From Deltaproteobacteria bacterium (GTDB lineage: Bacteria; Desulfobacterota; Desulfobacteria; Desulfobacterales; UBA2156), in assembly GCA_019309485.1 (NCBI GenBank), contig JAFDGC010000016.1:8294-72293 (forward strand): a DNA stretch of 64,000 nt. The letters run 5' to 3'. Under the pieces are notes generated by a model. It worked only from the letters and a program-made list of their open reading frames with translations. It made no database searches and was not told where the DNA came from. How positions within the stretch are numbered: the stretch's first letter is position 1; the number at the start of each line of letters is the position of its first letter. This document shows positions 56,287 to 64,000 of the stretch, piece by piece. Both the position numbers and the translations under genes were made by a program.

Positions 56287-58062
56287 ATGACCGAAGATCG
56301 CATTCCCTACAGCCGGTTTCTTAAGACACGCGTGGCACGGCGGTTTTTCTACCTGTTCGTCCTTTGCGCCTTGGTTCCTCTGCTTGCCATTGCCGGCATC
56401 TCCTATGTCTATGTCGGCGGGCAATTGAAAGACCAGGCGTTCAAAAGACTGCATCAGCAGGTGAAATCCAAAGGTCTCGAAGTATATGATCGGCTGTTAT
56501 TTGTGGAAACGGAATTGGAGGCGGCGGCACGAAAAATCAGGCAGGACCGTTGGGATGAAACCGCACTGATCCCCTTTCAGACTCTGAGGCACGAGGGAAG
56601 CCGCTTCAGAGACATCGAAACCATTCCCGTCGACCAGGAGACCCTCTTTCCGGTCCGTCTGCCGGATATGTTGACGCATTTCTCCAAAGAGACGCTCAAT
56701 CATTTGCAAAACGGCGGCAGTTTCATCGGAATCGCAACGGACCTGGACCACGTTTCCAAGGTCCTGATGATACGGTTCGTGGAGCCGTCCGATCCGGCCC
56801 AAGGCATTATTATAGGTGAAGTGGATCCACTTTATCTGTGGAGAATCGGTATGGAAGGCGCCCTGCTTCCGGAAGTGGAACTGGCGGTTTTCACCCTTGA
56901 AAAGCACCTGTTAATCTCTTCTTTCCAATCTTTCCAATTCATTCGGACGATTGCTGAAAAAAAGCCCCACGGGTCTTTTTCCGGAGATTTTGAAACAACG
57001 TATGAAGGAAAAATATATTTGAACAGTTATTGGCCCCTGTTTTTGCGGCACCACTTTGCCAGTTCGGACTGGATTTTTATTTTCAGCCAATCCAGGGCCT
57101 CGGTCTTGGAGCCGGTGTTCAAGTTCAGCCGATTTTTCGGCCTGCTGCTCTTGTTGACGCTCTGGATCATCATACTCATTACGCTGGTGACCCTTCGGAA
57201 AAGAATGGTACCTGTGGAAAAGCTGAAAGCAGCGACGATGAAGATTGCCCAAGGGGACTTCGGGTACCAGGTGGATATCAAAAGCGGAGACGAATTCGAA
57301 CTCCTCGCCGAGACATTCAATGAAATGAGCCTCAAGCTCAAGCAAGGGCAGGACATGCTGGTCCAGGCGGCCAAAGTCAGCGCCTTCGGACAGATGGCCG
57401 CCGGAATCGTCCATGAAGTCGGCCAGCCGCTGACGGCGATCAACGGTTACACCGAACTGCTGCGATTAGGGGTTTCTCCCGATAAAGAGAAACGATACCT
57501 GGAGATCATCTCCAGCGAGGGGAGCCGCCTGTCCCAGATCGTATCCAAGTTCCGGTCGTTTCTCAGATCGTCCAAGGAAGAATTGGCCCCGATTTCCCTC
57601 AAGGAGGTTCTTATCCAAACGACATCCCTTTTGGAACATCAATTGAAACGCGGCAATATTGATCTCAAAATGGAAACAGCCGAACCGCCTCCGGTCATTT
57701 ACGGGGACAAGAATGAACTCAAGCAAGTATTCTTGAATTTACTGATCAACGCCATCGACGCCCTGGAAAAGCAGCAAACGGAGGAAAGACACATTCACGT
57801 TAAAATCAACGGCGGGCCCGATTCCATTCAGGTCTATATCGAAGACAACGGTTGCGGAATTCCGCCGGAGATTCAGCTGCGCATTTTTGATCCGTTTTTC
57901 ACCACGAAGGAAGAAGAAAAAGGCACCGGCTTGGGGTTGGCGATCATCAATTCCATTCTGCACAAGCATCGGGCCCGAATTGAATGCCGTTCCGAGGTGA
58001 ATCGGGGAACACGGTTTACGATACTCTTTCCACGGCCCGAATCGAAAACACACGAGGGATAA
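56287..58062 (+). CDS. Sensor histidine kinase (two TM segments with a periplasmic domain, HAMP, HisKA, HATPase_c)
   Basis: HAMP (KLKAATMKIAQGDFGYQVDIKSGDEFELLAETFNEM), H-box AAGIVHEVGQPLTAI, N-box LNLLINAIDA and G-box GTGLGLAII. Confidence 0.85.
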   Translation: MTEDRIPYSRFLKTRVARRFFYLFVLCALVPLLAIAGISYVYVGGQLKDQAFKRLHQQVKSKGLEVYDRLLFVETELEAAARKIRQDRWDETALIPFQTLRHEGSRFRDIETIPVDQETLFPVRLPDMLTHFSKETLNHLQNGGSFIGIATDLDHVSKVLMIRFVEPSDPAQGIIIGEVDPLYLWRIGMEGALLPEVELAVFTLEKHLLISSFQSFQFIRTIAEKKPHGSFSGDFETTYEGKIYLNSYWPLFLRHHFASSDWIFIFSQSRASVLEPVFKFSRFFGLLLLLTLWIIILITLVTLRKRMVPVEKLKAATMKIAQGDFGYQVDIKSGDEFELLAETFNEMSLKLKQGQDMLVQAAKVSAFGQMAAGIVHEVGQPLTAINGYTELLRLGVSPDKEKRYLEIISSEGSRLSQIVSKFRSFLRSSKEELAPISLKEVLIQTTSLLEHQLKRGNIDLKMETAEPPPVIYGDKNELKQVFLNLLINAIDALEKQQTEERHIHVKINGGPDSIQVYIEDNGCGIPPEIQLRIFDPFFTTKEEEKGTGLGLAIINSILHKHRARIECRSEVNRGTRFTILFPRPESKTHEG

Positions 58063-58228
58063 GGAGTCATCCATGGCAGAATCCCGGGAAGCTTCATCGA
58101 AGTGGGGCGGGTCTCCCCCACCAATTTCAGCGAGATTTTCAAGAATATCCACCAGACCGTAAAAGACGCGGTACGGGGGATCGAAGAGGTTCTGGAAGAA
58201 GAGGAAGACTGAACCGAACGGGCCCGAC

Positions 58229-60896
58229 TCAGTGGGCCTTTGCCCAATTGTCGCCCCACGCCAGGTTCACCTTCAAGGGCACCCGGAGTTCCCAAATCCC
58301 TTCCATGATCTCTTGGATCAATCCGGAGACGACCGCTGTTGAGTTTCTTTTGTTTCAGCGTTTCATGGATTCGGATCATGGCCACCTTGATCAGGTCCGC
58401 TGCCGACCCTTGGATGGGCGTGTTGACGGCGGTGCGTTCGGCGAACTGCCGGGTCGCGGCATTCCGGCTGTCCATGTCGGGCAGCGGCCGGGTACGGCCC
58501 AAGAGGGTATGCACTTTTTTTTGGGTTCTGGCCTTCTCGAGGGTCCGGTAGATATACTGTTGAACGCCCTTGTACCGGGAAAAGTAGTGATTGATGTACG
58601 CCTGGGCCATTTTCTGACTGATGCCCAGTTCCTGGGATAACCGGTACGCCCCCATCCCGTAAAGAATCCCGAAGTTGATGACCTTGGCCTGGCGCCGCAG
58701 CTCCGGCGTCACCATTTCAGGGAAGACTTCGAAGACCTCCGTGGCGGTGCGCGTATGGATGTCTTCTTCGTTTAAAAAGGCCTCGATCAAGATGGGATCT
58801 TCCGAGCAGTGGGCCAGTATCCGAAGTTCGATCTGGGAGTAGTCCGCGGACAAGAATTGCCAGCCGTTTCGGGGGATGAAGGCGCTTCGAATTTGCCGTC
58901 CTTCCTCGGTGCGGATGGGAATGTTCTGCAGGTTGGGATCGGAACTGCTCAGCCGGCCAGTTGCGGTGACGGTCTGGTTGTAGGACGTGTGGATGCGTCC
59001 GGTTTCCGGATGGATCAGCTCCAAAAGCGCATCGGCGTAAGTGGACTTGAGCTTGGACAGGGTGCGATGCCGTAAAACATAGGCCGGGAGTTCGTGTTGG
59101 GCCGCTAAAAATGTCAGCACGCCCACGTCCGTGGAATAACCGGTCTTTTTTCGGGTCTTTTTCTGCGTGGGCAGCCCCAGTTTATCGAAAAGAATTTCCC
59201 CGAGCTGCTGGGAGGACTGGATGTTGAACCGTTGTCCGGCCATGGAATAGATGTCTTCTTCAAGGGTTTCCAGTTGATGCTGGAAGGATTCCGACAATTG
59301 TCTCAGGCGGTTTTGATCGACGCGGACCCCGTGCATCTCCATGTCTTTGAGGACCGGCACCAGGGGCATTTCAACGGTGTCGAAAAGACGGATGAGGTCA
59401 GCTTCCTTGAGTTTTTGCGAAAGGACGCGATGGGCCATGAGGGTGATGTCGGCGTCTTCGCAGGCGTAATCCGCGGCTTTTTCCAGGGGGACTTCCGAAA
59501 AACAGACGCTTTCCTTTCCCTTTCCGGCCACTTCGTGGTAGGGCGTTTTACGGTAGTCCAAAAAGTCCATGGCGATCTGATCCAGGCCGTGGCTTCGTTT
59601 GGACGGGTCGATGAGATAAGAAGCCACCATGGTGTCGAAGGCCACCCCCGAAAGATCGAGTCCGCTCCGGGTCAACACGATCCAGTCGTATTTGATGTTC
59701 TGGCCCACCTTTTCGACGGCAGGATCCCGGAAGATCGGCGTCAGGGCCTTGAATACCACCTCCTGCGGCAGTTGCGCCGTCTCGGTCCCGGCGAGGTGGC
59801 CGATGGGGATGTAAAACCCTTCGTGATCCTTCATGGCGACAGAAATCCCCACCAGTTCGGCCCGCATGGGATTCAAGGCGGTGGTTTCCGTGTCAAGGGC
59901 GAAGCGCCGGGTCTTTTCGAGGCGTGCGACCAGGGTGTTCAAATTCTTTTCGTCCGTCACGAGCCGATAGTCCTTCCCGCTTTTGTCTTCGGGCGTCGAA
60001 AAAGTCTCCAGGAGCTGCTTGAATTCGAGTTCCTTGAAAAGCACCGACAGTTTTTTAGGATCCGGGCCGATGAACCGAAACCGATCCGGATCGAACGGGA
60101 CGGGAACCGTGGTGTCGATGGCCGTCAGGGACCGGCTCAAAAAGGCCTGCTCTCTGTGGGCCAGAAGCGCTTCTTTCAGTTTCTTCTGGGTCACCTGGTC
60201 GATTTGGTCATACAAAGACTCCAGGGATCCGAAGCGGCGGATCAACTCCACGGCCCGTTTGGGCCCGATGCCGGGCACCCCGGGAATGTTGTCCGACGTA
60301 TCCCCGGAAAGGGCGAAGGCATCCACCAGTTGACGGGGCTCGACGCCGTACTCCGTTGCCACGGTCGTAAGGTCGATCCGTTTGTCCTTCATGGGATCCC
60401 AGATGACGCTGGCGTCGTTGACGAGTTGCATGAAATCCTTGTCGCCGGTGACCATCACCACGGTGAAGTCCGCTTCCCGGGCCGAACGGGCCAGGGTGCC
60501 GATGAGATCATCGGCCTCGTATCCGGGCATCTCGATCACGGGGATCTGAAACCCTTTCACCACGGCCCGGATGTAGGGGAGCTGCTGTACGAGGTCTTCG
60601 GGCATGGAGGGACGGTTGGCCTTGTAGTCTTTGTAAATGTGATGCCGGAAAGTCGGCCCCCTGGCGTCGAAGCACATGACCGTATAGGCCGGGGCGCGCT
60701 CCTGGATTAGCTTTACCAGCATCCGGGTGAAACCGAAGACGGCGTTGGTGGGAAGCCCCTTGGAGTTGGAAAGCCCCCGGATGGCGTGATAGGCCCGGTG
60801 GATGAAGGCGGAACCGTCGATAAGATAGATCGTGCGCGAATCAGCAGCGTCATCCGGTGCCGGGGCGGGTTTTTTCTCCGTCGTGTGTTCTTCCAT
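58229..60896 (-). pseudogene. polA: DNA polymerase I, apparently disrupted near the 3' end (polymerase motif C region absent and frame changes)
   Basis: The 5'-nuclease domain, 3'-5' exo motifs (ALDTETT, NIKYDW, YACEDAD), motif A (LSADYSQIELRILAH) and motif B (RRQAKVINFGILYGM) are all present. After ...QGSAADLIKVAMIRIHETLKQKKLNS the main frame runs into nonsense. The expected C-terminus AVVSGLIQEIMEGIWELRVPLKVNLAWGDNWAKAH plus stop (58229-58231) is in another frame. No QVHDE-type motif occurs in any frame between them. Confidence 0.8.
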
Positions 60897-60978
60897 GATC
60901 CGTCTTTCCGTTCAAAACCTTCTTGTCCGAATCCGCCGGCCTGAGGGACATCCGGCCCGATCCGCGGTGCGAGATTCG

Positions 60979-61007
60979 TTGACAGCACCTTGTTTCGAAT
61001 TTAAAAT
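60979..61007 (+). promoter_or_regulatory. Sigma70-like promoter candidate for the CoA-binding protein gene
   Basis: TTGACA (60979-60984), a 17-nt spacer, then TAAAAT (61002-61007). It lies about 80 nt upstream of ATG 61086, which has SD GGGGAGG. Confidence 0.4.
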
Positions 61008-61085
61008 TCAAGATTATACATGCTTACAAATGAAATTCATCTACCACGGATCTAAAAAAACGACAAGCGACACCGGGGAGGAAAA

Positions 61086-61508
61086 ATGAGCGCAGGACGC
61101 GTGTTAACCGACGAAAAGGACATCCGGGCCCTGCTGGAACAGGTGAGCACCATCGCAGTTCTGGGAGTAAGCCCCAAACCGGACCGGGATTCCCACCGGG
61201 TGGCCAAGTATCTTAAGGAAAAAGGATACCGGATCATCCCCGTCCGCCCCAAGCAGAAAGAAATCCTTGGAGAACCGGTGTACGATTCCCTGGATGCCGT
61301 CCCGGAACCGGTGGATATCGTGAATGCGTTCCGCCGCGCCGAACAAATCCCGGCCCATGCCGAAGAAGCCCTCCGAATCAAACCCAAAGCCTTCTGGATG
61401 CAACTGGGCATCGAAAACAAAGAAGCGGCCGATCTTTTGACCCGAAACGGGATCCACGTGGTGATGAACCGCTGCATCAAGATCGAACATGCGCGGCTCT
61501 TCACCTAG
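61086..61508 (+). CDS. CoA-binding domain protein (YccU-like)
   Basis: STIAVLGVSPKPDRDSHRVAKYLKEKGYRIIPVRP...VDIVNAFRR pattern. Length of 140 aa. Confidence 0.85.
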   Translation: MSAGRVLTDEKDIRALLEQVSTIAVLGVSPKPDRDSHRVAKYLKEKGYRIIPVRPKQKEILGEPVYDSLDAVPEPVDIVNAFRRAEQIPAHAEEALRIKPKAFWMQLGIENKEAADLLTRNGIHVVMNRCIKIEHARLFT

Positions 61509-61713
61509 ACAAAGCTACCTTAAGCGGCGCCGGAAATCCCGGCCCTATGTCTGTCACTGCTGCAACCGGGAGATGCCCTTTTGCTGGACTTGCCGGTGCG
61601 GATTCGAGATCTGCCAGGAATGCATGCAGGAAAACTTCTGGGGCATGTCCTGCAACGGGATCACCTGGCAGTGCCCCGACTGCGGCGCTCTCAACGGGTT
61701 TGGGAACCAGTAG
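61489..61713 (+). CDS. Hypothetical small cysteine-rich (11 Cys) zinc-ribbon/RING-like protein
   Basis: PYVCHCCNREMPFCWTCRCGFEICQECMQENFWGMSCNGITWQCPDCGALN. There is no clear SD, it overlaps the upstream gene by 20 nt, and the start is uncertain. Confidence 0.35.
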   Translation: MRGSSPRQSYLKRRRKSRPYVCHCCNREMPFCWTCRCGFEICQECMQENFWGMSCNGITWQCPDCGALNGFGNQ

Positions 61714-61773
61714 CCCATCCATCCCGGTCTTTTCCGCCATGCCAGATTCCGGGCACATTAGAAGTAAAAGGTT

Positions 61774-61818
61774 TATCGAAATCGGTGTCGGTATCGAAAT
61801 CGTGATCGGTATCGAAAA
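61774..61818. repeat. Tandem repeat, 18-bp unit x 2.5
   Basis: TATCGAAATCGGTGTCGG / TATCGAAATCGTGATCGG / TATCGAAAA, read directly. Confidence 0.8.
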
Positions 61819-61831
61819 CAACATGTTGAAG

Positions 61832-61967
61832 TTACTTGGAAGAAATCCTGCTGAAGTGACGAAGGTTACCGGTTATCAACGCCAAATCATGGTCTATGGA
61901 TGTGGCTGCAATCTGACTATCCGCATCCGGAAGGTTTATTCCATTTTCTTCAAGATGCGCTCAAATT
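61832..61967 (-). pseudogene. PIN-domain (VapC-type) toxin remnant, C-terminal part only, with stop and frameshift
   Basis: Minus-strand translation 61927-61832 gives DADSQIAATSIDHDLALITGNLRHFSRISSK plus stop, which is the VapC C-terminal pattern D..IAA.A....L.L.T.N..HF. An upstream piece VKFERILKKME is in another frame and ends in a stop. The N-terminal PIN half is absent. Confidence 0.5.
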
Positions 61968-62234
61968 TTACCAAAAACGTTCGCAACGCCTATGTCGTAG
62001 GGTAAAAATGGATGCCAATTCTTCACTATTTTCCCAGCCGCCCGCATCGCTGGCAAGTCCACTTTCTGGTCCTGCTTTTCTCAAACGCTTTAGGTGTTCG
62101 AGGTCACCGGGGCTGACAAGGGCGGCGACAGGTTTGCCGTGTCTGGTAATGAGCACCGCGGAACTTGCTTCCACTTTACGGATGCATTCTGAAAAGGTGG
62201 CTTTTGCTTCGGCCACGGATATGTTTTTATCCAT
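61968..62234 (-). CDS. Phd/YefM-family type II antitoxin
   Basis: MDKNISVAEAKATFSECIRKVEASSAVLITRHGKPVAALVSPGDLEHLKRL. SD GGAGG lies upstream. Confidence 0.8.
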   Translation of the reverse strand: MDKNISVAEAKATFSECIRKVEASSAVLITRHGKPVAALVSPGDLEHLKRLRKAGPESGLASDAGGWENSEELASIFTLRHRRCERFW

Positions 62235-62251
62235 TATCGACCTCCATTTTT

Positions 62252-62274
62252 GACCATTATGACCATTATGACCA
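62252..62274 (-). promoter_or_regulatory. Direct repeats GACCATTAT x 2.5 in the antitoxin promoter/5' region (candidate autoregulatory operator)
   Basis: Read directly. On the minus strand the sequence is TGGTCATAATGGTCATAATGGTC, so each unit carries a CATAAT (-10-like). It lies 18-40 nt upstream of the antitoxin ATG. Confidence 0.4.
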
Positions 62275-62393
62275 AAATATCAGGGGTTTTTAGCGTAGCG
62301 CAGCTCGCCATTCCCGAGGCGCGCCCGCGCGCCTCGGGAATCAATGTTCGGCAGTGACCGAATCTATTCACACCCGAAGGGAGATTTTCTGCA

Positions 62394-62737
62394 ATGGATA
62401 TTCCACGGATCTTCAACATCACCGAAAGCGATCACCGCATCCACAACCCGTTTACACCCGAAAAGCTCGCCACGCTTGGCGCGGCGCTGCGCCTGGAAAC
62501 GGGAACCCGAGTGCTCGACCTCGGCAGCGGTTCGGGGGAGATGCTGTGCACCTGGGCACGCGATTACGGAATCATCGGTACCGGCATCGACATGAGCCGG
62601 TTGTTCACCGAGCAGGCGAAACGCCCGACGAGTTCGCGAAAGAGGTTCGAACCCAACTCACCTCGGAACCCGAGCGCTACGCCGCTTACACGCGTGAATA
62701 CTTGGGCTGGGGCGTGTTCGCGCTGATGCCGCGGTGA
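62394..62737 (+). pseudogene. Class I SAM-dependent methyltransferase with a large internal deletion and frameshift
   Basis: N-terminal part ...TRVLDLGSGSGEMLCTWARDYGIIGTGIDMSRLFTEQAK (SAM motif I). Near 62618-62626 it is joined out of frame to a C-terminal piece PDEFAKEVRTQLTSEPERYAAYTREYLGWGVFALMPR plus stop. Together these are far shorter than a normal enzyme. Confidence 0.6.
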
Positions 62738-62941
62738 TGAGGAAATTGCCGGGCGACTCAGAAAGTGGGGAAAATCCAATATGACTAACGGCTGGCTTTA
62801 CAAGGATTCGGGCCGAAATCCGGCCGTCATCTGTGAACCAGAGCGTTGGCGCCCCCTAACTTTAGACAATTGATTTCATGGCCTTTTAATTATCTTTATT
62901 GTATCTTGCGGGTGAAAATTGGTGACAAGGGGGCATGAAAA

Positions 62942-63046
62942 ATGAAAAATAAGGTTACCGCCAAAGAGGACCTAATTAAGCGAATCCTGGAACAACGGGA
63001 ACGGCTTTCATCTTTAGGGGTCATACGAATCTTTTGTCCGCGATGA
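62942..63046 (+). pseudogene. Possible MNT-type nucleotidyltransferase (antitoxin) N-terminal remnant
   Basis: MKNKVTAKEDLIKRILEQRERLSSLGVIRIFCPR plus stop. The next frame continues VRDE..., reminiscent of ...LGVKRIGLFGSFVRDE... The match is by-eye and weak. Confidence 0.3.
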
Positions 63047-63133
63047 GACTCTCAAAAAAATATCGGGAAGGCAAAGCCGTTATCCGGCGAAAATTCGCCC
63101 GTCAACTCGCGTGTTATGCGAAAATTTAACAAC

Positions 63134-63163
63134 TTGACACTGTACACCTGATGGTGTACAGTG
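63134..63163 (+). promoter_or_regulatory. hicAB promoter with an embedded perfect inverted repeat (operator candidate)
   Basis: TTGACA (63134-63139), a 17-nt spacer, then TACAGT (63157-63162). The inverted repeat is CACTGTACACC (63138-63148) / GGTGTACAGTG (63153-63163) with a 4-nt spacer. The predicted start point falls at or next to the hicA ATG at 63169. Confidence 0.5.
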
Positions 63164-63168
63164 GGCCG

Positions 63169-63345
63169 ATGAAGAAACGCGATTTAGAAAAGGCGCTTGA
63201 AAGAATCGGTTGGGCGTTTCTTCGCCATGGAAGCCGCCATGACATTTGGACCGACGGCGAACGTGAAGAAGCAATTCCTCGCCACAACGAAATAAACGAA
63301 AAGCTTGCCAGAGCAATTCTCAGGCGAGCCGAGAGGAGAAACTGA
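63169..63345 (+). CDS. hicA: HicA-family mRNA interferase toxin
   Basis: MKKRDLEKALERIGWAFLRHGSRHDIWTDGEREEAIPRHNEINEKLARAIL, the typical YcfA/HicA pattern. The upstream ATG 63151 lies inside the operator repeat. Confidence 0.85.
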   Translation: MKKRDLEKALERIGWAFLRHGSRHDIWTDGEREEAIPRHNEINEKLARAILRRAERRN

Positions 63346-63346
63346 T

Positions 63347-63766
63347 ATGCGATTTTACGGGAAAGTTTACAAAGACGGCAAGTTCTGGCTGGCGGAGCTG
63401 CCTCTTTTCGATGCCATGACTCAAGGCCATACACGAAAAGAAGCCTATGCCATGGTTGAGGATCTCTTGGAAAGCTTAGTAAACCGCCCGGGATTTAAGG
63501 TGTCCGTGCATCAGGGCAAACACGGTGATTTTGAGGTGAGTGCAAACGATCCTCGCTTTTTGATAAGCCTTTTTCTGCGAAGACAGCGAGAAAGAAGCGG
63601 TCTTTCGTTATCAGAAGCTGCCGAGAGACTTGGGGCCAAGTCTCGCAATGCGTATGCTCGTTATGAGCGAGGAACATCAATGCCGAGCTTGGAGAAATTG
63701 GTCGAATTGTATCAAGCCGTTGCACCTGGTAAAGATATCGTACTTCACGACAGTGCTTCCGCATAA
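63347..63766 (+). CDS. hicB: HicB-family antitoxin with C-terminal XRE-type HTH
   Basis: MRFYGKVYKDGKFWLAELPLFDAMTQGHTRKEAYAMVEDLLESL, then LRRQRERSGLSLSEAAERLGAKSRNAYARYERG. SD GAGAGGAG is present. The gene starts 1 nt after the hicA stop. Confidence 0.85.
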   Translation: MRFYGKVYKDGKFWLAELPLFDAMTQGHTRKEAYAMVEDLLESLVNRPGFKVSVHQGKHGDFEVSANDPRFLISLFLRRQRERSGLSLSEAAERLGAKSRNAYARYERGTSMPSLEKLVELYQAVAPGKDIVLHDSASA

Positions 63767-63786
63767 CATTATATGGGCTTCAGATG

Positions 63787-64000
63787 TTAAGGAAAAAATT
63801 CCTTAAAAGATCGGGAAGACCAAAATAGAGAATATTTACTATCGGGATTGACTGATCCATCAAAGCGTTCTTTGACAATCAGCATATTGCCACCCGGCAG
63901 GTTAAAAAACCTGAAAAATGGTTTTTCCCTTACGGAAAGAATATATTTCGGTACCCTTATGGAGGTGTATCCCGCCACAGGCGGGGCGCATTCAAAGCCA
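63787..64000 (-). CDS. Unassigned ORF, open at the window end (possible C-terminus of a longer protein)
   Basis: The frame stays open from the window edge: GFECAPPVAGYTSIRVPKYILSVREKPFFRFFNLPGGNMLIVKERFDGSVNPDSKYSLFWSSRSFKEFFP plus stop. The region is AT-richer and no family is recognised. Confidence 0.2.
   Translation of the reverse strand, partial: GFECAPPVAGYTSIRVPKYILSVREKPFFRFFNLPGGNMLIVKERFDGSVNPDSKYSLFWSSRSFKEFFP

Noticed and set aside
57873-58228. The apparent 3' extension of the polA ORF overlapping the end of the kinase gene.
   Set aside because: This is out-of-frame read-through after the deletion junction. The genuine C-terminus and stop are at 58229-58231 in another frame.
1-64000. 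A scan for CRISPR arrays, rRNA and tRNA genes, retron or DGR reverse transcriptases, and prophage structural genes.
   Set aside because: I saw no regularly spaced repeats, no cloverleaf-like or rRNA-like conserved stretches and no reverse-transcriptase motifs. A by-eye scan cannot fully exclude small RNAs.

Overview
GC-rich bacterial chromosome segment with about 50 protein-coding genes. I recognised no rRNA, tRNA or CRISPR array. Gene content points to an anaerobic Desulfobacterota (deltaproteobacterial) type organism; this is inference only. The supporting genes are QrcABCD-type menaquinone reductase next to system II cytochrome c biogenesis (ResB/CcsA), an AhbA/B-like siroheme decarboxylase homologue, tungsten-type aldehyde:ferredoxin oxidoreductase, and several PAS/REC hybrid histidine kinases.

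Housekeeping genes present:
- UvrD-family helicase, murA, comEC, pepA, hisD, serC, a tRNA-dihydrouridine synthase, queF and polA.
- A FadN/FadA-type beta-oxidation pair.
- A fructokinase / sucrose-phosphate synthase-phosphatase / sucrose phosphorylase operon.

Most notable structure not explained by ordinary genes:
1. A roughly 4.6 kb insertion (about 32.9-37.5 kb) bracketed by about 198-bp direct repeats that duplicate the 3' end of a host gene plus its terminator. It carries a truncated IS91-family transposase, a substrate-binding protein plus hybrid kinase pair, and a second transposase remnant.
2. A compact 1.1 kb unit in which an HUH/Y1 (IS200-like) transposase fused to a DnaA-C-like HTH is flanked by 21-bp imperfect inverted repeats.
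3. An unannotated 52-codon membrane ORF between qrcD and the operon terminator.
4. Short internal deletions or frameshifts in unrelated genes: aor (twice), polA (motif C missing), a ZIP transporter, a methyltransferase, vapC and the IS91 copies. This suggests either real gene decay or assembly artefacts.
5. A toxin-antitoxin patch at the 3' end, with an intact hicAB pair, a Phd antitoxin beside a decayed VapC, and an MNT-like remnant.

All functional calls rest on my reading of the translated ORFs and remembered family signatures. No database search was run.
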